From NCBI GenBank assembly GCA_964587535.1, contig CAZPMA010000001.1:13153-77152 (forward strand): a DNA stretch of 64,000 bases, written 5' to 3'. The notes under the pieces were generated by a model. It worked only from the letters and a program-made list of their open reading frames with translations. It did not search any database and had not been told where the DNA came from. The position numbers and the translations under genes were made by a program. This document shows, in pieces, positions 1-9,438 of this stretch. Each line of letters starts with the position of its first letter. Within the stretch, counting starts at the first letter, position 1. This stretch comes from an uncultured Bacteroidales bacterium. Its GTDB lineage: Bacteria > Bacteroidota > Bacteroidia > Bacteroidales > UBA12077.

Positions 1-1071
1 GGAAAGCCCAAAGCGGATGAATATACTGGCGAAGAAGACTGGAAGAAAATCTGCGAACGCGACGATATTGATTTAATTTACATATGTACTCATTGGGATT
101 TGCATACTCCAATAGCTGTTTATGCAATGGAGCATGGTAAACATGTTGCTACTGAAGTTCCGGCAGCTTTAACTATTGATGAATGTTGGCAATTAGTGAA
201 TACAGCCGAAAAAACAAGAAAGCATTGCATGATGTTGGAAAATTGTAATTATGATTTTTTCGAAATGGCTACATTAAATATGGCTCAAAAAGGATTGTTC
301 GGAGAAATTGTTCATGCCGAAGGAGCTTATATTCACGATTTACGTCATGGATATCTTTTTAATGAAGAAAACGGATATTGGAATATGTGGCGTTTAAAAC
401 ATCTTGAAAAAGAAGATGGAAATACATATCCAACGCATGGGCTTGGACCTTTATGCCATATAATGAATATTCACAGGGGCGATAAAATGAACTATTTAGT
501 GTCTGTTTCAAGCGATCAGTTTGGATTGACGGCTTATGCAAAAGAAAAATTTGGTGAAGAATCAGAATATGCAAAAAGAGAGTACGCAAAAGGTGATATG
601 AACACTACAATTGTTAAAACGCAACAAGGAAAAACAATCATGATCCAGCATGATGTTACCAGTCCAAGACCTTATAGCCGTATTCATATGATTAGTGGCA
701 CAAAAGGTTTTGCTCAAAAATGGCCACGAAAAGGGTTGGCATTTGAGCCAAATGCCCATAGCTATTTATCTGATGGAGAAATGGATAAAATGCTTGCTGA
801 ATACGAACATCCAATTACAAAAGAAGTTGGAGAAAAAGCTAAGGAAGTTGGTGGTCATGGAGGTATGGATTTTATTATGGATTACCGTTTAATTTATTGT
901 TTAAGAAATGGATTGCCTTTAGATCAGGATGTGTATGATGCAGCCGAATGGTCTTCTATTGTCGAATTATCAAGAATTTCTGCTAATAATCAAGGAATGC
1001 CCATAAAAGTTCCTGATTTTACTCGCGGAGCATGGAATAAATTAAATACAGTAACTTATTATACTAAGTAG
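1..1071 (+). CDS. Gfo/Idh/MocA-type oxidoreductase, GH109 (alpha-N-acetylgalactosaminidase-like) family; 5' end lies outside the window
   Basis: Frame 1 is open from base 1 (GKPKADEYTGEEDWKK...) into the listed ORF. The C-terminal part of the family fold is recognisable (YAMEHGKHVATEVPAA...CMMLENCNYDFFE). Confidence 0.75.
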   Translation, partial: GKPKADEYTGEEDWKKICERDDIDLIYICTHWDLHTPIAVYAMEHGKHVATEVPAALTIDECWQLVNTAEKTRKHCMMLENCNYDFFEMATLNMAQKGLFGEIVHAEGAYIHDLRHGYLFNEENGYWNMWRLKHLEKEDGNTYPTHGLGPLCHIMNIHRGDKMNYLVSVSSDQFGLTAYAKEKFGEESEYAKREYAKGDMNTTIVKTQQGKTIMIQHDVTSPRPYSRIHMISGTKGFAQKWPRKGLAFEPNAHSYLSDGEMDKMLAEYEHPITKEVGEKAKEVGGHGGMDFIMDYRLIYCLRNGLPLDQDVYDAAEWSSIVELSRISANNQGMPIKVPDFTRGAWNKLNTVTYYTK

Positions 1072-1088
1072 AAAAATAAGCTGATATA

Positions 1089-1128
1089 AAAAAGGGCTGT
1101 AACAAAATTGTTTGTTACAGCCCTTTTA
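1089..1128 (+). terminator. Intrinsic terminator
   Basis: Perfect stem gggctgtaacaaa/tttgttacagccc followed by a T-run, about 20 nt after the stop codon. Confidence 0.8.
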
Positions 1129-1245
1129 AATTTTTGTTTAAATCGGAGGAAAAGTTAAGCCGGTAAGTTTTTATGCTTTTTTTATTGGAGAAATTGTAGT
1201 AAATTCGGGCTACGTTTTACGAATCGAGATAATTTATAAGGAAAA

Positions 1246-3846
1246 GTGGAAAAAAAGTGGCGTAGTTATATATTTCATCCTTTATTTATTGGTTTCATAA
1301 TAAGTTCTTTGGTAATTTATTTTTTTGTAAAGAGCTTCCCTCAATTTAGTACCGAAATAAAAGAGAGTTACCTATTAAAAAATAATGGACAAATATATTT
1401 TTATGACCTGGATAGTGATGGCACAAGTGAGCAGTTGCATTATTATAAATACGATAAAGTATTTGATCCAACTTTATATATTTATGATTCAAATAATAAC
1501 CTTAAATATTTAACTAATTTCAATGAACCACCGATTAATAATTTTGCATTGTTTGTAGGTGATTTTAACAATGATAACATAAAGGAGATATTTAATTTTA
1601 CGAATAAATCCGATTCAATTTTTTTATATAAAATAAATATTGCAAGCGAAAGAGAAACCAGCCAGACCCGCACTTTTATTGCAGTTGTTGATGATTATAA
1701 TATTGAAACTAAGATTAATCCAATAGGCCTTTTTGACCTGAATAATGATGGATCATCAGAATTCTTATTTTATATCGATGCATCATATCCTTTAAACCCA
1801 AGAAAAATATTTTCTTTTGATATTAAAAAGAATAATTTAATTACTTCGCCTAACCTTCAAGCTTCTATTCTTAAAGGTGTTATTGTTAAAGATATTGATA
1901 ATGATGGTTCCTTCGAAATTATTGTGCCAAATATGTCAGTGCAGGTGCCGGGTAATGGTAATATATCCCAGATTATTGTCCTAGATAGTAATTTAGATTA
2001 CAAATTTGAACCTGTTAATTTTAATGGTGAGAAATCAAAAGTAACTTGTGGCCTTATTAAAAAAGATGATCAGTGGAATATTGCATTGTTAAAGAGTGAA
2101 TATTTAAATAATAAACCATCAAACACGATGTTTGTCATTGATGATTCCGGGGAAAAGATATGCGAAAAAGAAATACAAAGTAAAAGTAACTTGAGTATTA
2201 TTGACTGGTTTGAAAATGGACAGGAATTATTGGCTTTATCTGGCAATAAATTAGTTGTAATCGATAATAATGGTGAAGTATCAAGCGAAATTAACTTGGC
2301 AAAGAATAAAAATGTGGAGTATGTAACAAATGTTAAATTGCTGAATGATAAGTTAGATACCTATATTTTTAAAAATGATTCAGACTTAATACTGTTACCT
2401 TACAATCGAGGGAAAGCAATAAAGATTGAAAATCTTGGAAAAGAATTATCGAATTTAACCGTTAAGATGGAACAGAATGAAAATGTTTTATCTATACAAT
2501 ATGCTAACCGATTACATCAAATAGCTTTTAATGAAAATGAAGCTTTTGTGCATAGTTTCTTATTTCAGATTCTCGTGTTTATTGTAATTATTCTTACCGT
2601 ATATTTTATTTCTAAAATTAGATCTTTACGATTAAAGCTTAGAGAAAAGAATGTTAAAAAAACCTTTTATTATAAATTATTAGAGAATAACCTTATTGAT
2701 AACAATAATATATCGAAAAAAGATAAAGATAAGGATGATGCAATAATTGATCGTTTACGAAATAATAAGCAAATAAATAATAGTAAAATTCATAACGATC
2801 AAGTTAAAACAGATGGTAATTTAGGATTGTTTGATATTCTTGAAAAGGTAATCGATTTTTATAAAGAAGACATAAAAATAGAATTACACGTATCTCCGAA
2901 TAAAGAAAATATCAATTTATTGCCACTGGTTGATCTGCATGTTACTAAAACATGTAAGCAGATAATTGATTTTTGTGCAGATAAGGAGAAAATCAATCGG
3001 TTAAAAGTAGAGTTTAATTTTAATGAAAAATTTCTGAATATCACTTTTGAAATAGAAGCTGGTGCAAATTTATTTAATCAATTAAAAAAGAAGATTGAGC
3101 AAAATACTTTAATAGAAAGATATAATTGGGATATATCCTATTCAAAAGAGAACGATAAAATTAATAAAATTGGCATTACGGTTCCGTTAAGCGATTCTGA
3201 TGATAATACTATAAAAGTGATTATTGCAGAAGATCATGATGTGTCGTTGTTTGGACTGATCTCACTTTTTAAAGCTCAGAATGAAATTGAGGTTATTGGT
3301 ACCGCAAAAAATGGACTGGAAGTTTTAAAGATTCTGAATCAAAATACAGCTGATGTAGTTATAACTGACATTTCGATGCCCGGAATGGATGGAATAGAAT
3401 TATCTGAGAAGCTAAAAAATGAATTTCCTGGCATTAAAGTAATTGTCTTTACAATGTATATGGAAAATTGGTTTATAGAACAGTTAGTAAAAAACGGTGT
3501 GGTTGGTTTTGTTAGTAAGAATTCAAAAATCCAGGAATTAATCGGGGCAGTAAAGCATGCTTATAAAGGAATAAATTATTATTGCCCACAGTTTAAAATG
3601 AAATTTGGTATTAATACAATCAATCAAAATACAACTGATATTAAGTTAGATTCTCTTTCTAAAAAAGAAATACAAGTGCTTAAACTTTTTGCTAAAAACT
3701 TACAAAAAGAACAAATCGCAAAAGAATTGGACATTCCTCTTCAATCATTAAATGATATGATTGCTAATATATTACTAAAAATAAATGCAGGGAATGAAGA
3801 TGAGATTATCAGAATAGCTAAACACCAAAAATTTATTTCAGAATAA
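1246..3846 (+). CDS. Membrane-anchored signalling protein: FG-GAP/VCBS-like extracytoplasmic repeats, second TM, degenerate HATPase-like segment, REC receiver, LuxR/GerE HTH
   Basis: GTG start. N-terminal TM. Motifs DLDSDGTSE, DFNNDNIKE, DLNNDGSSE, DIDNDGSFE. TM FLFQILVFIVIILTVYFI. REC (IKVIIAEDHD...VVITDISMPGMDG...IVFTMY). LuxR HTH (LSKKEIQVLKLFAKNLQKEQIAKEL). Confidence 0.8.
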   Translation: MEKKWRSYIFHPLFIGFIISSLVIYFFVKSFPQFSTEIKESYLLKNNGQIYFYDLDSDGTSEQLHYYKYDKVFDPTLYIYDSNNNLKYLTNFNEPPINNFALFVGDFNNDNIKEIFNFTNKSDSIFLYKINIASERETSQTRTFIAVVDDYNIETKINPIGLFDLNNDGSSEFLFYIDASYPLNPRKIFSFDIKKNNLITSPNLQASILKGVIVKDIDNDGSFEIIVPNMSVQVPGNGNISQIIVLDSNLDYKFEPVNFNGEKSKVTCGLIKKDDQWNIALLKSEYLNNKPSNTMFVIDDSGEKICEKEIQSKSNLSIIDWFENGQELLALSGNKLVVIDNNGEVSSEINLAKNKNVEYVTNVKLLNDKLDTYIFKNDSDLILLPYNRGKAIKIENLGKELSNLTVKMEQNENVLSIQYANRLHQIAFNENEAFVHSFLFQILVFIVIILTVYFISKIRSLRLKLREKNVKKTFYYKLLENNLIDNNNISKKDKDKDDAIIDRLRNNKQINNSKIHNDQVKTDGNLGLFDILEKVIDFYKEDIKIELHVSPNKENINLLPLVDLHVTKTCKQIIDFCADKEKINRLKVEFNFNEKFLNITFEIEAGANLFNQLKKKIEQNTLIERYNWDISYSKENDKINKIGITVPLSDSDDNTIKVIIAEDHDVSLFGLISLFKAQNEIEVIGTAKNGLEVLKILNQNTADVVITDISMPGMDGIELSEKLKNEFPGIKVIVFTMYMENWFIEQLVKNGVVGFVSKNSKIQELIGAVKHAYKGINYYCPQFKMKFGINTINQNTTDIKLDSLSKKEIQVLKLFAKNLQKEQIAKELDIPLQSLNDMIANILLKINAGNEDEIIRIAKHQKFISE

Positions 3847-3891
3847 AAATTATAATATTTACAGATATTTCTTTGCTTTATCTAAATTTGT

Positions 3892-4221
3892 ATGCAAATA
3901 TTGCATAAATTTATGGGTGAAATAATAAAACAAGTTGAGCTGTTGATTAAAGAGCAAAGATTTGATAAAGCACTGGATTTATTAAACAATGCGATTGAAA
4001 AGAATCCGGATCTTTATAAATTGCTCGAATTAAGAGGGGATATTTACCATTTAATGCAGAAATTTGGAAATGCATTAAATGATTTTAATAAGGTATTAAA
4101 ACATGATAAAAATAATAAGGAAATAATTGCAAAAGTTGAGATGGTTCGGCAGATTTTAAGATTCCAGAATTTGGATATATTTGAATCGACAAACTTAAAT
4201 TTAGATCCTTGGTTAGATTAA
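3892..4221 (+). CDS. Small TPR-repeat protein (start may be ATG 3913)
   Basis: TPR-like helical pairs (FDKALDLLNNAIEKNPD...LELRGDIYHLMQKFGNALNDFNKVLKHD). Confidence 0.6.
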   Translation: MQILHKFMGEIIKQVELLIKEQRFDKALDLLNNAIEKNPDLYKLLELRGDIYHLMQKFGNALNDFNKVLKHDKNNKEIIAKVEMVRQILRFQNLDIFESTNLNLDPWLD

Positions 4222-4227
4222 TAAAAA

Positions 4228-4725
4228 ATGCAGTTAAATTATAATTCATTAGAAGCTGATAGAGTATTCATAGAGAGAGTTTTTATGTTTGTAAAAAGAA
4301 ACTTTTGGCTCTTTTTGCTTGATTTGTTAACAATAGTATTTCTTGTTCTTCCTCCATACTCCTGGCAGGAAATGCAACTTATTATTATTCTTTTAGTGTT
4401 ATTAATTGCCCGTGATATTTTTATTTTGAGAAAAGGATATTATCACTTAGGACATTTTGAAGCAAAAGGAAATAACATAAAAATAGGCATAATTAAAGGA
4501 AGTAAAATAAAAACAGAAATTGAAGAATGGCTTCCCGATATTGATATTGAAATAAAATACTCTGTAGGTTTTCCAATACTTTGTATCACAAAAGAAAATA
4601 AGGTTCTTTTTAAACAATATGCATACGGATATTGGACTGGAGAAAAAATGAAAGAGTTTTTAAATGCTTTCTATGACTATAAGAAGGAACAAAACCTCTG
4701 GAAAATGTATAAAGGACAAGATTAA
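4228..4725 (+). CDS. Hypothetical membrane protein
   Basis: Two hydrophobic helices (FWLFLLDLLTIVFLVL, LIIILLVLLIARDIFIL). Tightly spaced in a same-strand gene run. Confidence 0.5.
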   Translation: MQLNYNSLEADRVFIERVFMFVKRNFWLFLLDLLTIVFLVLPPYSWQEMQLIIILLVLLIARDIFILRKGYYHLGHFEAKGNNIKIGIIKGSKIKTEIEEWLPDIDIEIKYSVGFPILCITKENKVLFKQYAYGYWTGEKMKEFLNAFYDYKKEQNLWKMYKGQD

Positions 4726-4739
4726 GCTATCTTTTATTC

Positions 4740-5474
4740 ATGAAATATAATTCTACTTTTCTCGATTCTTTAAGTCAAATTAACCCAAATTGGAATTCTT
4801 TTTTAACAGATGAGATGATTGATCTTATTAAAAAGATTGAATATAAAATTCTGGAGCAGGATGCTGAATTTACTCCACCAGCAAATAAGGTCTTAAGATT
4901 TTTGACAGTTCCTTTTAACGAAGTTAGTGTTATTATTTTAGGTCAGGATCCTTACCCACAACAAGGAGTTGCTACAGGTAGAGCGTTTGAAGTAGGTACA
5001 TTAAATTCCTGGCAGGATACTTTCAATAATATTTCATTAAAAAACATTATAAGAGCAATATATAAGGCCTATAAAGGAGAATATTTGAAATACAGTGAGA
5101 TAAAAAAAGAAATTGGCTTGTTTTTTCAATTAAAATCTCCCGATCAGTTATTTTTCAGCTGGGAACAACAAGGAGTACTTCTGCTTAACACATCATTTAC
5201 ATGCCAGGTAGGTAAACCCAATAGTCATGAAAAGTTGTGGAGAGAATTTACAAACCACCTATTAAATTATATTGCAAAAAATAATAAAGATGCGGTTTGG
5301 TTTATTTGGGGTAATAATGCCAAATCAATCGTTAGTGGTATTCCTATTCAGAAAAAAATAGCATCAATGCATCCTATGATGTGTTATGATAAGCCCGATA
5401 GAACAGATGATTTCTTATTTGGGGAAGTAAACTGCTTTGAAGAAACTAAAAACAAAATTAACTGGCTTGGATAA
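4740..5474 (+). CDS. Uracil-DNA glycosylase family protein (family-1-like, divergent motifs)
   Basis: ILGQDPYPQQGVATGRAFEV (compare the UNG motif GQDPYH) and QGVLLLNTSFTC...SH...W motifs. Confidence 0.75.
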   Translation: MKYNSTFLDSLSQINPNWNSFLTDEMIDLIKKIEYKILEQDAEFTPPANKVLRFLTVPFNEVSVIILGQDPYPQQGVATGRAFEVGTLNSWQDTFNNISLKNIIRAIYKAYKGEYLKYSEIKKEIGLFFQLKSPDQLFFSWEQQGVLLLNTSFTCQVGKPNSHEKLWREFTNHLLNYIAKNNKDAVWFIWGNNAKSIVSGIPIQKKIASMHPMMCYDKPDRTDDFLFGEVNCFEETKNKINWLG

Positions 5475-5504
5475 AAAAAGATCCGTCAATTAACGGATCT
5501 TTTT
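5473..5504. terminator. Bidirectional intrinsic terminator between convergent genes
   Basis: A-run, stem agatccgt/acggatct, then a T-run. Confidence 0.8.
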
Positions 5505-5523
5505 GATATATTTTCAAATTAAA

Positions 5524-6744
5524 CTATTCTTTTCCGTCTAAATAATCTTGCAGGTAAGCATATCGTTCAGTTAATTTTCCATCTTTTGCAATGGTAGCAC
5601 GCTCAATCATTCCTGTATCGTCATTACCAAATAAAGATGGATAAACCTTATCTATTAAGTTCCCGCCAAAATCTGTAGATGCATTTCGTGGTAATTCGCC
5701 AGGTAAATTATCAACTGACATTACGGTAATATTTTTAGGACTTATAAAAGGGGGTTCATCTTTTCCTGTTACCGGATTATACCCAAAAAACGGATCTGCA
5801 ATTGTAGAAGCCTTAACTGTTGATGCTATAGGCCCATCTACATCGCAGCTAACATCAGCAATAACAGTTATGTTAAAATCAGGATCAAGATAATCTTCCT
5901 TAGTTATAAATTTAGGTGATTTTGGATCCCAAAAATGACATGCTATAAATATATCAGTCACTTTGGTATATGGTTTAAAAGTAGATTTATACTCCTCAGG
6001 ATGTTTAAAGAAATGTTGCAAATCAAATTGCATTCCACCTTTGTGTTCAACATAATGCACCGGATCAATTCTGCAAATTACAGGTTCGTCAAATTCTTTA
6101 TTTAGAAATTCTTCTGGAGATACTTCGCGAATATTTAGTTGACTTAAAGTCTCCATTGCTCCCATAGCAACACGACCACCGCCGGTTACAAGAATCTTTT
6201 TCTTTTCAAGTTTTATTTTCTTCAATCCTGCATACATTTCATCCATATCCTTACATTGATGAGCAGGCTTTAAATTAAAATTGTCGGTACGTATTCCTCT
6301 TGCTCTTAGTCCGTTGTAAGCACCAACTATTCCTGCCCAACGACCAAATGCTACAATACGTTGATTGTGATAGTCAGTTAAATATTCATAATCGACAAGT
6401 GTAATTTTCTTTTTGATTATTTCTTGTAATAAACCACGATTATATGGTTGTTTTTTTGCTACGTGAGCAAAAAACATATATGTTTTATTGGCAATTAATG
6501 TTTTTGGATCAACTTCTTTTACACCCAAAAGAATATCACAATCACTTAAGTCTTCCTTCATATTTAAATCCAGATACTGGTATTCTTCGTCGGTATAACA
6601 ACGAATATCACTTGGCTGAACATATACATCCACATCAGGGAAACGTTCTGTCAATTTTACAACTTGGGATGGTGTTACCGGAACACGCTTGTCAGGTGGG
6701 TTTTTTGTTTCTCTTAAAACACCAACTTTTAACCTTTTTGCCAT
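5524..6744 (-). CDS. AlaDH/PNT-family NAD(P) dehydrogenase (saccharopine dehydrogenase / lysine-ketoglutarate-reductase-like)
   Basis: N-terminus KVGVLRETKNPPDKRVPVTP. Rossmann motif VTGGGRVAMGA. Typical length of about 400 aa. Confidence 0.6.
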   Translation of the reverse strand: MAKRLKVGVLRETKNPPDKRVPVTPSQVVKLTERFPDVDVYVQPSDIRCYTDEEYQYLDLNMKEDLSDCDILLGVKEVDPKTLIANKTYMFFAHVAKKQPYNRGLLQEIIKKKITLVDYEYLTDYHNQRIVAFGRWAGIVGAYNGLRARGIRTDNFNLKPAHQCKDMDEMYAGLKKIKLEKKKILVTGGGRVAMGAMETLSQLNIREVSPEEFLNKEFDEPVICRIDPVHYVEHKGGMQFDLQHFFKHPEEYKSTFKPYTKVTDIFIACHFWDPKSPKFITKEDYLDPDFNITVIADVSCDVDGPIASTVKASTIADPFFGYNPVTGKDEPPFISPKNITVMSVDNLPGELPRNASTDFGGNLIDKVYPSLFGNDDTGMIERATIAKDGKLTERYAYLQDYLDGKE

Positions 6745-6846
6745 ATATTATATTTTGTAGTTATTAAAGAATGCCTAAAATTATATTTTTTTAACCAAAA
6801 AAATAATAATACGTACAATATTAATGTAACTTTGCATTTCCAGTAT

Positions 6847-7241
6847 GGGGTTGTTTTGGTTTTGACGGTAAGGTAAACTGGAATGTAAGCATGTCGAGCT
6901 TTGTGTTTTGGCTCGTTAATCTCAAGGCTCAAAACAATAAACGGCGAAAATAATTACGCACTTGCTGCTTAATATTGCTAGGCAAATTAAGCTTAATTCT
7001 GACGCTAGGTCGTCAGGACAGGTTGTCTCACAAAAGCCTTTCTCGGCGGCGTTTGGTTCTGAGGCATCGTAAAAGTTGAGATAGCTTAGTTAGCGCTTCG
7101 ATAACTAAGTGAAAATTTAGAAGCTAAGGTTTAGTTCGGCTGCTTTTTGCCAGGCTATTCACGAAAAACAATAAAAAGATAAGCATGTAGAAAACATTTG
7201 GGTTTCTTATTCGGACGCGGGTTCGAGTCCCGCCAGCTCCA
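6847..7241 (+). ncRNA. ssrA: tmRNA (ssrA), tag reading frame GENNYALAA*
   Basis: 5' GGGGUUG pairs with 3' CAGCUCC. T-arm gcgggttcgagtcccgc. Tag ORF ggc gaa aat aat tac gca ctt gct gct taa at 6943-6972. CCA is not encoded. Confidence 0.92.
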
Positions 7242-7242
7242 C

Positions 7243-7641
7243 AAATCAACAAATTTTAATTTGGTAGATTTGTGAGAGTCCCGACAAAATCGTCGGGACT
7301 CCACAAAAAAAACGACTGAACCACTTCCTTCAAGAAGTGGTATTTTTCTTTAAGAAGAATTAAAATATACTTAGTAAACTTTATGCTTCCGCCTTATCCC
7401 GGCAATGTAAGTTTCTATGCGTTTAAGAAATCAACAAATTTTAATTTGGTAGATTTGTGAGAGTCCCGACAAAATCGTCGGGACTCCACAAAAAAAACGA
7501 CTGAACCACTTCCTTCAAGAAGTGGTATTTTTCTTTAAGAAGAATTAAAATATACTTAGTAAACTTTATGCTTCCGCCTTATCCCGGCAATGTAAGTTTC
7601 TATGCGTTTAAGAAATCAACAAATTTTAATTTGGTAGATTT
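7243..7641 (+). repeat. Perfect tandem duplication: 185-bp unit, two full copies (7243-7427, 7428-7612) plus a 29-bp third start (7613-7641)
   Basis: The two copies are identical by eye. Each unit carries hairpin gagtcccgac/gtcgggactc and a terminator-like hairpin ccacttc/gaagtgg followed by a T-run. Confidence 0.9.
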
Positions 7642-7747
7642 TTATTTTCCTAAAGTTAAAATTATTCTAAATAATAAGGTCTCAATTCGAGATTAACCAA
7701 ATTTTGCATCCAAAAAAACTTGCACGATTCATATATTATTTGTTACT

Positions 7748-8383
7748 TTGAAATACAAAGTACTTTTAATGAAAGAAAAATATATTAAAGATCTAAAAGA
7801 GATCAAAGACATTATGAATCGCTCAACCCGATTCATTTCCCTTAGTGGGCTTTCTGGTGTATATACCGGAATTATAGCACTAGCAGGGGCATTTTTAGCT
7901 TATAAAACCCTATTTAGGAGTCGAAATTATTTGGTTTATAATGCGCTTGACTTAAGTGATAAAGATTTACAAAATCTATTATTAATTGCAATTGGAACAT
8001 TAATTGTTTCCGTAGGGGCAGCACTCTTTTTTACTCGGCAAAAAACTAGAAAAAAGCAACAAAGTGTGTGGGATAATCAAACAAAACGATTGCTTATAAA
8101 TTTGTTAATACCATTAGCAACAGGTGGTGTTTTATGTTTAATGCTTCTGTTTAATGGTTTTGTGGGAATGGTATTACCTATAACTCTAATATTTTATGGT
8201 TTGGCTTTGGTAAATGCAAGCAAATATACATTGCCAGAAATTCGAAGTTTAGGATTAATCGAGATTTTACTCGGACTTATTGCTTTTCAATTTATAAGTT
8301 ATAGTCTTCTGTTTTGGGCATTTGGATTTGGGATTATCCAAATGGTTTACGGTATCGTTGTCCAAATAAAGTATAAGTTGTGA
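7748..8383 (+). CDS. Hypothetical multi-pass membrane protein (likely start ATG 7769)
   Basis: Several hydrophobic helices. Its stop overlaps the GTG start of the downstream regulator. Confidence 0.6.
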   Translation: MKYKVLLMKEKYIKDLKEIKDIMNRSTRFISLSGLSGVYTGIIALAGAFLAYKTLFRSRNYLVYNALDLSDKDLQNLLLIAIGTLIVSVGAALFFTRQKTRKKQQSVWDNQTKRLLINLLIPLATGGVLCLMLLFNGFVGMVLPITLIFYGLALVNASKYTLPEIRSLGLIEILLGLIAFQFISYSLLFWAFGFGIIQMVYGIVVQIKYKL

Positions 8384-8676
8384 AGGAAGTTTTAAAGAAT
8401 CTGGATAAAGCGTTTGAAAACAGGATTCGTTTGGTCATAATGTCAGCGCTGGTAGTAAACGACTCGCTGGATTTTAATGCCTTAAAAAAACTTTTAGATG
8501 TAACCGATGGAAATTTGGCAAGCCATTTAAAATCCCTGGAAAATAGTGAATACATTGTATTTACAAAGGAGTTTTTAGGCAGGAAGCCAAACACGACTTA
8601 CTTTGCAACTGAAAAAGGTAAAAAAGCTTTTACGAAGCATATCAAAGTCATCGAACAGTTATTAAACAATGGTTAA
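8380..8676 (+). CDS. Winged-helix transcriptional regulator (ArsR/MarR-like small wHTH)
   Basis: FENRIRLVIMSAL...FNALKKLLDVTDGNLASHLKSLENSEYI is the typical small wHTH family pattern. Confidence 0.7.
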   Translation: MKEVLKNLDKAFENRIRLVIMSALVVNDSLDFNALKKLLDVTDGNLASHLKSLENSEYIVFTKEFLGRKPNTTYFATEKGKKAFTKHIKVIEQLLNNG

Positions 8677-8959
8677 TATGAAAACACAATCAAAACTCAC
8701 GGTAATATCAGGATGGATATTTGGACTATTTGTACTTACAAATGGTATTTTGAATATGGCAAGAGGGAATGATTTTAATTTAGGTGTTGCTTTAACGATT
8801 TTATCATTTATTTATTATCCCCCTGTAAACAGGTTAATTAAACAAATATCCGGATATAGTTTGCATTATATGATTAAGATTATATTGGCTTTTTTAATTG
8901 TCTGGATAACAATAGCAGTAGGGGCTATTGCCGAAGGGTATTATCCGGAAATAATATAA
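8669..8959 (+). CDS. Hypothetical membrane protein
   Basis: Three hydrophobic segments. Overlaps the upstream gene by 8 nt. Confidence 0.5.
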   Translation: MVNMKTQSKLTVISGWIFGLFVLTNGILNMARGNDFNLGVALTILSFIYYPPVNRLIKQISGYSLHYMIKIILAFLIVWITIAVGAIAEGYYPEII

Positions 8960-8962
8960 AAC

Positions 8963-9298
8963 ATGATTATCAGAAGGTTGGCATATTATACTTTAGCAAT
9001 GAACTTATTGAATAATTATAAATTAAATAAAGTGATGAAAAATGGAAGGTTAATTTCAATTTTATTGTCAATAGTTATTTTACTTCTTATTCCATTTATT
9101 GCAATGCAGTTTACAAATGAAGTTAACTGGACTCTTTCTGATTTTGTAATAATGGGATTCTTATTGTTAGCTACTGGCTTATCTTGTGAGTTGGTGCTTC
9201 GAAAAGTAAAAAAGTTGGAATACAGGATTGCAATTTGTTTAGCAATTCTTGCTGTATTTTTTCTAATTTGGGCGCATTTGGCTGTTGGGATTATATAA
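8963..9298 (+). CDS. Hypothetical membrane protein
   Basis: Hydrophobic helices. Lies in an operon-like run. Confidence 0.5.
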   Translation: MIIRRLAYYTLAMNLLNNYKLNKVMKNGRLISILLSIVILLLIPFIAMQFTNEVNWTLSDFVIMGFLLLATGLSCELVLRKVKKLEYRIAICLAILAVFFLIWAHLAVGII

Positions 9299-9377
9299 GT
9301 TTAATAAAGTACTCAGGAAAATCTAAGGTTATTTTTAAGATATGGGATTGAATTGTTCTGACCGTATTAATGCATAA

Positions 9378-9411
9378 AAATAAATTAGTTGGAACACCAA
9401 CTAATTTATTT
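9378..9411. terminator. Bidirectional terminator hairpin between convergent genes
   Basis: 15-bp stem aaataaattagttgg/ccaactaatttattt with a 4-nt loop. Confidence 0.7.
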
Positions 9412-9438
9412 ACTAATTGTATCTAAATAAAGGGGAAA

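Noticed and set aside
359-892. Three 65-76-aa ORFs (359-589 -, 562-759 -, 695-892 +) inside the GH109-like gene
   Set aside because: They are antisense or alternative-frame to a well-supported coding region. Their composition is low-complexity and they show no motifs.
6444-6932. ORFs 6444-6767 (+) and 6729-6932 (-)
   Set aside because: The first is antisense to the dehydrogenase gene. The second runs across the dehydrogenase/ssrA intergenic region and the 5' third of the tmRNA on the opposite strand. The tmRNA call explains this region.
7243-7641. Possible CRISPR array, or an integrated island at ssrA
   Set aside because: There are only about 2.15 copies of a 185-bp unit and no repeat-spacer alternation, so it is not a CRISPR array. 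No integrase, excisionase or phage genes follow, because the downstream genes are membrane proteins and a wHTH regulator. Only a scar or duplication can be claimed.
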